Positions 30,287 to 39,319 of a DNA stretch of 64,000 nt are shown here, piece after piece (position 1 is the stretch's first letter; the number at the start of each line of letters is the position of its first letter). This DNA comes from Gemmatimonadaceae bacterium (GTDB lineage Bacteria > Gemmatimonadota > Gemmatimonadetes > Gemmatimonadales > Gemmatimonadaceae): NCBI GenBank assembly GCA_040902005.1, contig JBBDYA010000121.1, forward strand, positions 1-64,000. The letters are read 5' to 3'. The translations under genes and the position numbers were made by a program. The notes under the pieces were generated by a model, which saw nothing but the letters and a program-made list of their open reading frames with translations, made no database searches and was not told the DNA's origin.

Positions 30287-31672
30287 TTATCCGATGCGCG
30301 ATGGCGCGTGGAGTCGTTCCAGTGGTTCACGCGCGCGGCTGACCAGGCCCCCCGCCTCTTGTTCTGTCGGTGCTTCGGCGATGACCCGAACGATGGGTTC
30401 CGTGCCCGACGGCCGAACGTGCAGCCACCGGTCCTTCCATGCGAGGTGCAGGCCATCCTGCGTGTCGACCCGCGCGTCCCCGAACGCCTGTCGCAAGGCG
30501 TCGTACACGACATCGAGGCTGGCGTCCGGACGGTCGAGCTTGTCTTTCACGATCGTGTAGCGCGAGAAACCGGCGGCCAGCGTCGACAGGGGTTTCCCGG
30601 TCTCGGCGAGCAACTGCAGAATGAGCGCAATCCCAACCGGCGCGTCCCGCCCGAGGTGTACCTCGGGAAGAATCACGCCGCCGTTCCCTTCGCCCCCGAT
30701 CACGGCGCGCAGTTCGCGCATGCGAACGGCCACGTTGATCTCGCCCACCGGCGTCCGCGTCAAGGTGCCACCCGCCCGCGTGACGGCCTCCTCTACCACG
30801 AGACTCGTGGACAGGTTCGTCACGGCGTTCCCCGCGCGGTGCGCGAGCACAATCTGGGCGGCCAGGGCCAACGTGTAGTCCTCGCCGATGGCCTTGCCCT
30901 GTTCGGACACCAGCGCCAGGCGGTCCACATCGGGATCCACCGCAATGCCGAGGTCGGCGCTGGAATCGCGCACCAGCCGCTCGAGCTCGCCCAGATTCTC
31001 GGCGATCGGCTCTGGTGAGCGAGGGAACCGACCGTCGGGCTCGACGTGGATGGCGGTCACTCGACAACCCAGGCGCTCGAGGAGCTGCGGGACAATGATC
31101 GCCCCCGCGCCGCGACAGCAGTCGAGCGCGACATGAAAGCCGCGTGCGCGGATGGCGGACAGGTCCAGACAGGAAATCGCGAGAATCCGCTCGAGGTGTC
31201 GATCCACGGCACCATCGTCCGATTCCACGCTCCCGAGCCGGTCCCACGTCGCCCGCGGAATGCCGCGGTCGGCAATGTCCCGCATCACGGCGCCCTCGCT
31301 CCCCTCGAGAAACAACCCGCTCGGCCCAATCAGTTTGAGGGCGTTCCACTCGACGGGGTTGTGGCTCGCCGACAGCATCAAACCGCCGGCGGCGTGGTGG
31401 TGCTCCACGCTGAGCTGGCAGGTGGGGGTCGTGGTGAGTCCGAGGTCGATCACGTTCGCGCCCACCGACTGGAGCGCCGCCAGCGCAACGCGGTGGAACA
31501 TGGGCCCCGAGACCCGGCTGTCCCTTCCCACGACCACCGGACGCCCCGGATTACCTGCCAGCGCCCAGGCGCCGAAGGCCGCGGCGTACCTGGCCACCAC
31601 CTCCGGCGTGAGCGCAAATCCGACACGCCCGCGAATGCCGGACACGCTGACCATCAATCCTGCCTCGGACAT
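30287..31672 (-). CDS. glmM: phosphoglucosamine mutase (phosphohexomutase family)
   Basis: SASHNP, DPDVDR, GGEGNGG, RPSGTEP; adjacent to glmS. Confidence 0.9.
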   Translation of the reverse strand: MSEAGLMVSVSGIRGRVGFALTPEVVARYAAAFGAWALAGNPGRPVVVGRDSRVSGPMFHRVALAALQSVGANVIDLGLTTTPTCQLSVEHHHAAGGLMLSASHNPVEWNALKLIGPSGLFLEGSEGAVMRDIADRGIPRATWDRLGSVESDDGAVDRHLERILAISCLDLSAIRARGFHVALDCCRGAGAIIVPQLLERLGCRVTAIHVEPDGRFPRSPEPIAENLGELERLVRDSSADLGIAVDPDVDRLALVSEQGKAIGEDYTLALAAQIVLAHRAGNAVTNLSTSLVVEEAVTRAGGTLTRTPVGEINVAVRMRELRAVIGGEGNGGVILPEVHLGRDAPVGIALILQLLAETGKPLSTLAAGFSRYTIVKDKLDRPDASLDVVYDALRQAFGDARVDTQDGLHLAWKDRWLHVRPSGTEPIVRVIAEAPTEQEAGGLVSRAREPLERLHAPSRIG

Positions 31673-31794
31673 TCCGTCTCCTGTGAGAGCCGACGCGAAG
31701 CGGAGGGGGCGCCCACGAACGCTTCACGCGAAGCTCAAAACTACCGCTCCACGGAAACAGGGCCAAGTGCGTGTCAGTCTGTGCGTTACACGTT

Positions 31795-31836
31795 TGAGCT
31801 GCGCGCAACGGGTGCCATGGCGCGCTCGCTCACCTT
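31795..31836 (-). repeat. REP-like palindromic element, copy 1
   Basis: Minus strand AAGGTGAGCGAGCGCGC-N13-GCGCGCAGCTCA; arms identical to those at 46433-46474. Confidence 0.8.
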
Positions 31837-31840
31837 CGGT

Positions 31841-32968
31841 TCAGTGCGACACGCGCGCCGAGGAGATCGGAGCGCCCGACACGGGCGCGTGCAGCACGGT
31901 CGAGTGCGGGATGAGGAGCAGGTCGCCACGCTCCGCCGCGCTGACGGCCGCGTCCACCACGCGCCGGTCGAACTGCGTGTCGCGATTGTTCTGCAGCTCG
32001 ATCAGGGCTGTGTCGATGGCCATCTCGACACCGCGATAGGGTCGGCCGCTGGTCATGGCGTCAAAGGCATCCGCGACTGCAACGATGCGCGCTTCGAGCG
32101 GAATGTTGTTGCCCGACAGGCCGTCGGGAACGCCGGCGCCGTCCATCCGCTCGTGGTGCGACCGCACCACGTTGAGCGCCACCGGCGCGTCGCCCAGCAG
32201 CGGCGCGAGAATACGCCACCCGACCACCGGATGCGTCATGATGTGCTGGTACTCCTCCTTGGTGAGTGGGCCGGCCTTGTTCAGCACCGCCTCGCGCACG
32301 CCAATCTTGCCGATGTCGTGCACGTGTCCGCCCAGCTCGATCTGCCGTACGATTTCGGCGTCGAGCGACAGGGCCCGCGCGATCGTGGTCGCGTAGTGGC
32401 TCACGCGCACGGAATGGCCGCGCGTGTAGTGATCCTTCACCTCGAGCGCCTCGGCCAGCGCCTGGATCCCCGCGAGAAACAGCTCCTCGAGGCGGTGCGC
32501 CTGGACGGCGACGCGCTCCTCCAGGCGTTCCTGGTAGTCGCGATTCTCGAGAATCAGGCGTCGCTTCTCCAGCGCCTGCGCCACGCGCGCCCGCACCTCC
32601 TCGAGGTGGAACGGCTTGGTCAGATAGTCCATCGCGCCGATGGCCAGGCAGCTCACCGCCACCTCGACGTCCGCGACGGCGGTGATCATCACCATCGCCG
32701 TGTCGGGCCAGCGCGAACGCACCTGGCGCAACAGCTCGATGCCATCCATGCGCGGCATGCGCAGATCGCTCATGATGAGCGTGACCGGCTGCCGTTCCAG
32801 GAGCGCGATGGCATCGACGCCGTTGCCGGCCTCGAAGCAACGGAACCCGTCGGTATGCATCAGATGCACGAGCACCTGGCGCAAGCGGGGTTCATCGTCC
32901 ACCACCAGGCAACTGACGGTCGGCACGTCCGCGAGTCGCGCGTGATCGCTCACCGCGACACGCTCCAC
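31841..32968 (-). CDS. response regulator with HD-GYP phosphodiesterase domain
   Basis: REC (LVVDDE, SDLRMPRMDG, KPF); HSVRV, HDIGKIG, HHER, VADAFDAMTSGRPYR. Confidence 0.93.
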   Translation of the reverse strand: MERVAVSDHARLADVPTVSCLVVDDEPRLRQVLVHLMHTDGFRCFEAGNGVDAIALLERQPVTLIMSDLRMPRMDGIELLRQVRSRWPDTAMVMITAVADVEVAVSCLAIGAMDYLTKPFHLEEVRARVAQALEKRRLILENRDYQERLEERVAVQAHRLEELFLAGIQALAEALEVKDHYTRGHSVRVSHYATTIARALSLDAEIVRQIELGGHVHDIGKIGVREAVLNKAGPLTKEEYQHIMTHPVVGWRILAPLLGDAPVALNVVRSHHERMDGAGVPDGLSGNNIPLEARIVAVADAFDAMTSGRPYRGVEMAIDTALIELQNNRDTQFDRRVVDAAVSAAERGDLLLIPHSTVLHAPVSGAPISSARVSH

Positions 32969-33034
32969 GCGCGTTCGCCCGGCTGTCCGGGGCGGGTTAT
33001 CTTAGGGGCCTCTCGCATCCACCTGAGTATCGGC

Positions 33035-34252
33035 ATGACTCGCGTTTTTGATGAGGACCTCGGCGCCGGCTTCGGCACGCGCGCCGTCCACGCAGGACAG
33101 CGACCCGAACCGCTGGCGGGGGCCATCATGACCCCGGTGTACCTCACGTCTACGTACGTGCAGGAGGAGCTTGGCCGCAACAAGGGCTACGAATATGCCC
33201 GCGGCAAGAATCCCACACGGGAAGCGCTGGAACGAAACGTCGCCGCGCTCGAAGGCGCGCGCCACGGGTTCGCGTTTTCCAGCGGCATGGGGTGCGTGGA
33301 TTCCCTCATGAAGCTCTTCAAGTCCGGCGACCACGTGGTCTGCGGCGAGAACGTCTACGGCGGCACGTTCCGGCTGTTCGACAAGATCCTGAAGAACTTC
33401 GGCCTGTCGTTCAGTTTCGTGGACACGCGCGATCCCCAGCGGGTGGAGGACGCGGTGACGGCACACACCCGCGTCATCCTGGTGGAAACGCCATCGAACC
33501 CGCTGATGCGCGTGACGGACATCCGGGCCATCGCGGAGATCGCGCACCGCCACGATGCGCTGCTCATCGTGGACAACACCTTCGCGTCCCCCGTCTTCCA
33601 GCGGCCGTTCGAGCTCGGCGCGGACGTCGTGTACCACTCCACCACGAAGTATCTCAACGGCCACAGCGACATGATCGGCGGCATCGCGCTGGTGCAGGAT
33701 GACGGCATCGCCGAACGGCTCCAGTTCATCCTCAACGCCGCGGGCGCCGTCCCGGGACCATTCGATGCCTGGCTGGCGCTTCGGGGCACCAAGACGCTGC
33801 ACCTGCGCATGAAACAGCACGACGTGAACGGACGCGCCATCGCGCGCTGGCTCGTCGACCAGCTCGAGGCGGAGCACGTGCTGTACGTCGGCCTGCCCAG
33901 CCATCCCCAGCACGATCTGGCCCGGCGGCAGATGTCGGGGTTCGGCGGAATGATCAGCATCGAGCTGGGCACGAAGGACCGTGCTGCGCACGTCCTCAAG
34001 CGCGTTCGCGTCTTCTCGCTCGCCGAGTCCCTCGGGGGCGTGGAGTCCCTGATCAGCCACCCGGCGTCGATGACGCATGCCTCGGTGCCCGCGGATCACC
34101 GGGCACGCCTTGGCATCACGGACGGGTTGGTCCGGCTCTCGTGCGGCGTGGAGGACACGGAGGATCTCGTCGCGGACCTGGAGCGCGCGTTCGAGGGGCT
34201 GCCAGGCCTCACGGCCGCGGGCGGGCGGGCGGCCATGGCGGGCGCCCGGTAG
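33035..34252 (+). CDS. cystathionine gamma-synthase/lyase (PLP trans-sulfuration family)
   Basis: YARGKNPTR, ETPSNP, VDNTFASP, HSTTKYLNGHSD, SLGGVESL. Confidence 0.93.
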   Translation: MTRVFDEDLGAGFGTRAVHAGQRPEPLAGAIMTPVYLTSTYVQEELGRNKGYEYARGKNPTREALERNVAALEGARHGFAFSSGMGCVDSLMKLFKSGDHVVCGENVYGGTFRLFDKILKNFGLSFSFVDTRDPQRVEDAVTAHTRVILVETPSNPLMRVTDIRAIAEIAHRHDALLIVDNTFASPVFQRPFELGADVVYHSTTKYLNGHSDMIGGIALVQDDGIAERLQFILNAAGAVPGPFDAWLALRGTKTLHLRMKQHDVNGRAIARWLVDQLEAEHVLYVGLPSHPQHDLARRQMSGFGGMISIELGTKDRAAHVLKRVRVFSLAESLGGVESLISHPASMTHASVPADHRARLGITDGLVRLSCGVEDTEDLVADLERAFEGLPGLTAAGGRAAMAGAR

Positions 34253-34288
34253 TGGACACTTTCCGGGTGCGCGCCGCGTAGGGCCCAC

Positions 34289-35290
34289 ATGCCTGATACC
34301 GTGAAACTCACCGCGATTTCCTCCCGCGCGTGGGAGCACCCGGCCGACCGTGCCGCGCTCAACGCGCTCCGTGCCCTGCCCGGCTTCGATGAAGTCGTGC
34401 GGCGGGTCATGGGCTTCCTCGGCGAGCGCGGCGTGCGCCAGCTGTTTCTCGCCAACGCCGTCCGCGTGGGTCCGGAGCAGCGCCCCGGGCTCAACGGGTT
34501 GTACTCCGAGGTGCTGGAGACGCTGGACGCGCCGGAGCGCTGGGACCTCTACGTGTCGCAAACGCCGCTCGCCAACGCGATGGCGGTGGGGTTCCAGCGT
34601 CCGTTCATCGTCTTCAACTCGGGCATGCTCGAGATCCTGGACGAGGACGAGCGCCGCGCCGTGCTCGCGCACGAGGTCGGACACATCATGAGTGGCCATC
34701 CGACGTACACGACGCTGGCCGTCATCCTGCTCGCCATCGGCCTTGTGAACATCCCGACGCTGGCCAACATCGCCCTCCTGCCGTTCGAGCTGGCCCTCCT
34801 GGAGTGGCACCGGAAGTCGGAGTTCTCGGCCGACCGCGCCGCCCTGCTGGGCACACAGGACATCCGGAAGACGCAGAGCGTCAACCTGAAGCTGGCGGGC
34901 GGGCCGGTGCTGGACGACCCCATCGACATCGACACGTTCCTGGCGCAGGCCCGCGAATACGAGACGATGGCCGGCCCCTGGGACAAGGTGTGGCAGTTCA
35001 TCAACACCGTCTTCCGGACGCACCCGTTCGCGACGGTTCGCGCCGGCGAGCTGCAGCGATGGATCGAGACCGGCGAATACGAGCGCATCCTCGCTGGCGA
35101 GTACATGCGCCGCGGGGAGGAGCCGCCGCCGCTCGCCAACGACTTCAGAGCGGCCGGGGGCTACTACGAGGACCGCGCTCGCGAGGCGATGAATACCGTA
35201 GGCGACGTCGTGGCGCGCGCACGTGAGGCATTCAGCCAGGCGTGGAACTCCGGCGGTGGAGGAGGCGGGACGGGCAACACGACGCAATGA
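34289..35290 (+). CDS. M48 family zinc metallopeptidase
   Basis: LAHEVGH, EFSADR, THP. Confidence 0.9.
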   Translation: MPDTVKLTAISSRAWEHPADRAALNALRALPGFDEVVRRVMGFLGERGVRQLFLANAVRVGPEQRPGLNGLYSEVLETLDAPERWDLYVSQTPLANAMAVGFQRPFIVFNSGMLEILDEDERRAVLAHEVGHIMSGHPTYTTLAVILLAIGLVNIPTLANIALLPFELALLEWHRKSEFSADRAALLGTQDIRKTQSVNLKLAGGPVLDDPIDIDTFLAQAREYETMAGPWDKVWQFINTVFRTHPFATVRAGELQRWIETGEYERILAGEYMRRGEEPPPLANDFRAAGGYYEDRAREAMNTVGDVVARAREAFSQAWNSGGGGGGTGNTTQ

Positions 35291-36585
35291 GGGTGCTTCT
35301 GGTGGGCGGTGGGGGCCGCGAGCATGCGCTCGCCTGGCGCCTGACGCAGGACGATCCGACAGTCTCGATCATCGCCGCCCCCGGAAATCCCGGCATCGCC
35401 GAATTCGCCGAATGCGTCCCGGTCTCCAGCACGGATACCGACGCGCTGCTGCACGTGGCCCGGGACCGCCGCGTGGATTTCACGCTGGTGGGCCCCGAAG
35501 CACCACTGGCGGCCGGCATCGTGGATCGCTTTCGCGCGGACCAGCGCGCGATCTTCGGACCCACCCGGGCCGCGGCGGCGATCGAGACCTCCAAGTCGTT
35601 CGCGAAAACCGTGATGCGCGACGCCGGGGTTCCGACCGCGCGCGCGATCGTCTGCACGGAAAGCCCGCGCGCCAAGGCAGCCGCCAGGGAGCTGGGCTTG
35701 CCGATCGTCATCAAGGCGTCGGGCCTTGCCGCCGGCAAGGGCGTCATCGTCTGCGACACCATCGAGCAGGCGGATCGCGCGATCGACGACATGCTGGTCG
35801 GTCATGCGTTCGGCGTCGCCGGCACGGAGGTCCTCGTCGAAGAATTCATGGAGGGCGAGGAACTCTCCGTGCTCGCGATCGCCGATGGCGCGAACGTGCT
35901 GCCGCTCGTGCCGGCGCAGGATCACAAGCGGCTGCTGGACGGCGACCGCGGGCCCAACACTGGCGGCATGGGCGCGTACGCTCCCGTGTCGCTCGCCACG
36001 GACGCTCTGCTGGCCGACATCGTCGCGCGAATCTTCCGGCCCACGCTCGCCACCCTCGCCGCCCTGGGCAAGCCCTTCACGGGACTCTTGTACGCCGGGC
36101 TGATGCTCACCCGTGAGGGTCCGCGCGTGGTGGAATTCAACTGTCGATTCGGCGATCCCGAGACGCAGGCGGTGCTGCCGATCGCCGAATTGAGCGTGTC
36201 GTTCGCCGAGCTGCTGGCCGCGATCGCGCGCGGCGAATCGTTGCCCGCGGGCGCCACCTGCGTCGCGCGCCGCGCCGCGGTCACCACGGTGCTGGCGGCG
36301 CGGGGATATCCCGACACGCCCAAGGCGGGAGCGACGATCGACATTCCGCCGGACCTTGCCGACGTGGTGGTGTTTCAGGCGGGCACCGCGCGGGGGGGGG
36401 GGCCCCCCGACGGAGCGCTCGTCACGGCCGGCGGGCGGGTGCTCGCGGTGACGGGGCTGGGCGACACCCTGGACGATGCGCACCGCCGGAGTCTCCACGC
36501 CGCGCGGCGCATCGAGTTCGAGGGCAAGCAGTTCCGGTCCGACATCGGATGGCGAGAGCTCGCGCGCGGTGCCGGAGCTTCCTGA
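35287..36585 (+). CDS. purD: phosphoribosylamine--glycine ligase
   Basis: GGGGREHALA, GLAAGKGV, QDHKR, NTGGMG, RFGDPETQ. Confidence 0.98.
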   Translation: MRVLLVGGGGREHALAWRLTQDDPTVSIIAAPGNPGIAEFAECVPVSSTDTDALLHVARDRRVDFTLVGPEAPLAAGIVDRFRADQRAIFGPTRAAAAIETSKSFAKTVMRDAGVPTARAIVCTESPRAKAAARELGLPIVIKASGLAAGKGVIVCDTIEQADRAIDDMLVGHAFGVAGTEVLVEEFMEGEELSVLAIADGANVLPLVPAQDHKRLLDGDRGPNTGGMGAYAPVSLATDALLADIVARIFRPTLATLAALGKPFTGLLYAGLMLTREGPRVVEFNCRFGDPETQAVLPIAELSVSFAELLAAIARGESLPAGATCVARRAAVTTVLAARGYPDTPKAGATIDIPPDLADVVVFQAGTARGGGPPDGALVTAGGRVLAVTGLGDTLDDAHRRSLHAARRIEFEGKQFRSDIGWRELARGAGAS

Positions 36586-37396
36586 AGTCGAGACCATCGC
36601 GCGCGACCTGGAGCGGCGCATCACCGGCAGCCGCATCCGGGCGGTGGAAGTCTCCAAACCAGACGTCCTGAGAATCGTCGGCGCACGGGCGCTGGCGAAC
36701 CGCACCACCGGCGCGACCTTCACCCGCTGCTGGCGCCGCGCGAAGCTGGTGGTGCTCGATCTCTCCACGCACGACCGGCTCGTGGTCTCACTGCGTTTCA
36801 CCGGCTCGCTGCTGGTCGATGACGGCACACTGAGCGACCAGGACCGAAAGTACTCGACCGTGCGCTGGCGCCTGCGCGATGGCCGCACGCTGCATTATCG
36901 TGAGGTGCGCCGGCTGGGAACCGTGTCGCTCATGACGCCGCGGCAGTTCGAGGCTTACCTCGGCGGACTTGGCGTGGAGCCGCTCGCGCCCGAGTTCACC
37001 ACCGAGCGCCTGTTCGAGTTGTTGCGGGGGTCGCGGCAGGCCGTCAAGAAAAGGATCATGGACCAACGAGCCGTGGTGGGCATCGGCAACATCTACGCGA
37101 ACGAGGCGCTCTGGCGCGCGGGCATCGACCCCTCGCGCGACGCGCGCGCCCTCAGCGCCGCGGAAAGCGACCGGTTGCACGAGCACATCGTGGGCGTACT
37201 CCGTGAGGCGCTGGACTCCCGCGGCACGAGCTTTCGGGACTATCGCGACTCCGCCGGCGAGCGAGGCGGCTTTGCCGCGCGGCTCGCCGCCTACGGGCGA
37301 GCCGGACTTCCCTGCCTCCGCTGCGGCGCCCGACTCGTCGGCACTCACGCCATCGATGGACGGAGCACGGTGCTGTGCGCGCGCTGCCAAAGCTAG
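36569..37396 (+). CDS. mutM: formamidopyrimidine-DNA glycosylase
   Basis: GTG start giving PELPEVET, GIGNIYANE, C-terminal CLRC...CARCQ zinc finger. Confidence 0.97.
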   Translation: MPELPEVETIARDLERRITGSRIRAVEVSKPDVLRIVGARALANRTTGATFTRCWRRAKLVVLDLSTHDRLVVSLRFTGSLLVDDGTLSDQDRKYSTVRWRLRDGRTLHYREVRRLGTVSLMTPRQFEAYLGGLGVEPLAPEFTTERLFELLRGSRQAVKKRIMDQRAVVGIGNIYANEALWRAGIDPSRDARALSAAESDRLHEHIVGVLREALDSRGTSFRDYRDSAGERGGFAARLAAYGRAGLPCLRCGARLVGTHAIDGRSTVLCARCQS

Positions 37397-38487
37397 ACCT
37401 CCTGCGTCCGCACACGGACGACGCGCGCATCGAGGAGATGCTTGCCCACGTGCGCGCCCACGCCGAGAACCGGCCGGCCGTCTACCGGATGATCGCAGTG
37501 GACGGCGAAGTGGTGTACGTGGGCAAGTCGAAGCAGCTGCGCTCCCGCTTGCTGAGCTACTTTCGGGGCGCCTTTCCGGAAGACAAGGGCGCCCGCATCC
37601 TGCGCGACGCCCACACGATCGACTGGGAGTACGTGCCCAGCGAGTTCGCCGCGCTCCTCGGCGAGCTGCGGCTGATCAAACAGTTCCGGCCGCGGCGCAA
37701 CGTGGCGCTCAAGCGCGACGCGCGCAACCTGTGCTTCATCAAGATCACCGGCGGCACGGCGCCCCGACTGGCCGTCGTGCGCGGCCCCGGCACCGACGAC
37801 TCGGCCTTGTACTATGGGCCGTTCCTGGGCGCCGTGCGCGTCACGGAGGCGGTGCGCGAACTCGGCGACGTGCTGGGCATGCGGGACTGCTCACTGGACA
37901 AGAAGATGCACTTCTCCGACCAGCGCGAGCTGTTTCAGCTGGGGCCGCGCACACCGGGCTGCCTGCGATACGAGGTGAAGAAGTGCCTTGGCCCGTGCAT
38001 CGCCGCCTGCTCGTCGCGCGATTACATGGAGCGCGTGGCCATGGCCCGCGCCTTTCTCGACGGCACGGATGACGGACCGCTCGAGACACTGCGCGCGGAG
38101 ATGCTCACCAGCAGCCAGCGGCTCGAGTACGAGCGCGCCGCCGCGTACCGCGACAAGGCCAATCGGCTCTTGTCGCTGCGCGAGCAGTTCGGGCGGCTGC
38201 GGTTCGCGGTGGAGTCGCTGTCGTTCACCTACACGGTGACCGGCACCGACGGCACGGACCGCGTGTACGTGATCCGGCGCGGGCGGGTCCGTGGCGAAAT
38301 GCCTGCGCCCGCCACCCGCGCGCAGCAAACGGCGCTCGACACGATGCTTGCGGCCGTCTTCAGCGACGCGGTGGACGGGATGCAGGTGCCATCGCACGAG
38401 ATCGACGAATTACTCCTGCTCTCCAGCTGGTTCCGGCGCTTTCCGCGCGAGCTCGACCGTACGGAACGCGTGCAGCGGACGGGATGA
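37375..38487 (+). CDS. UvrC N-terminal-like (Cho-like) GIY-YIG nuclease with Cys cluster and UVR domain
   Basis: PAVY...YVGKSKQLRSRLLSYF, YGPF, CLRYEVKKCLGPC, LEYERAAAYRD; too short for RNase H/HhH domains. Confidence 0.85.
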   Translation: MRALPKLDLLRPHTDDARIEEMLAHVRAHAENRPAVYRMIAVDGEVVYVGKSKQLRSRLLSYFRGAFPEDKGARILRDAHTIDWEYVPSEFAALLGELRLIKQFRPRRNVALKRDARNLCFIKITGGTAPRLAVVRGPGTDDSALYYGPFLGAVRVTEAVRELGDVLGMRDCSLDKKMHFSDQRELFQLGPRTPGCLRYEVKKCLGPCIAACSSRDYMERVAMARAFLDGTDDGPLETLRAEMLTSSQRLEYERAAAYRDKANRLLSLREQFGRLRFAVESLSFTYTVTGTDGTDRVYVIRRGRVRGEMPAPATRAQQTALDTMLAAVFSDAVDGMQVPSHEIDELLLLSSWFRRFPRELDRTERVQRTG

Positions 38488-38533
38488 GCATCCGGGTAAG
38501 CCACGTGGCAAGCGTGTTGCGTTCACGCGGCCC

Positions 38534-38755
38534 ATGGCTACCAGCACCTGGCAACCGGTCACGCTCGTCAAGTGCGTCAGCGTGAAGCCCTGGCTCACCA
38601 TCCCCGGCGATGATGAACCTGGCGGCTGTCACGACCTCACGCTGGGCAAGTTCTACGAGTGCCAGGGCCTCGAGGGACGCGGATCGTTCCTGCGCATCGT
38701 GGACGACTCGGGCGAGGACTACCTGTACCCGCTCTCGCATTTCGCCGAGGTCTGA
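38534..38755 (+). CDS. small hypothetical protein (LRIVDDSGEDYLYP motif)
   Basis: 73-aa ORF with coding-like codon use filling the gap; the motif is familiar from small uncharacterised proteins. Confidence 0.65.
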   Translation: MATSTWQPVTLVKCVSVKPWLTIPGDDEPGGCHDLTLGKFYECQGLEGRGSFLRIVDDSGEDYLYPLSHFAEV

Positions 38756-38793
38756 GCCGCCGCCACGCGGTGATGGGCGGAGCGGACGAGCGG

Positions 38794-39258
38794 TCAGCCC
38801 AGATCCACGAGTTCGACCTGAATCTGCCCACGCGCGATGGTCAGGCGCGCGACACTCGCCGGCAGGCTGAACCGACGAGCCCCCGCCGCGCCGGGGTTCA
38901 CCACCCATCGCTTCCCCGATTGCACGACGAGCTGCCGGTGTGTGTGGCCATACACGATCACGTCCGCGTCGTAGGCGGCCAGGAGCTGGTCCGGAAGCGG
39001 CGAACCGAGCTCGTGCCCGTGGCTCACGTGAAGGCGGACGCCCTCGAACTCTCGATCGACGCACGCCACCAGTGCCGGATCGTCCGGGGCGTCCGTATTG
39101 CCGAACACAGCCGTCACCGGCGCGATGGTGCGCAATTCGTCGAGCACGCCATCCCCTACGTCGCCGGCGTGAAGGATCTGGTCAACCCCGTCAAACGCGG
39201 CAAACACGCCCGGGCGCACGAGCCCGTGCGTATCGGCGATCAAACCGATCGTTGGCAT
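38794..39258 (-). CDS. YfcE-type metallophosphoesterase
   Basis: IADTHG, HAGD, GNTD, HGH, GHTH, NPG. Confidence 0.92.
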   Translation of the reverse strand: MPTIGLIADTHGLVRPGVFAAFDGVDQILHAGDVGDGVLDELRTIAPVTAVFGNTDAPDDPALVACVDREFEGVRLHVSHGHELGSPLPDQLLAAYDADVIVYGHTHRQLVVQSGKRWVVNPGAAGARRFSLPASVARLTIARGQIQVELVDLG

Positions 39259-39319
39259 GGCCGCTCGTCGACGTCCGTCCGCGCGTTCGCTCGCACAGCC
39301 GGAACCTAAGGCGCGAGCC

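Noticed and set aside
33002..36888. Long antisense ORFs (761 aa, 574 aa) and similar ones opposite clpX, the cyclase, guaB and gpmI
   Set aside because: No recognisable motifs, and they lie opposite well-supported genes.
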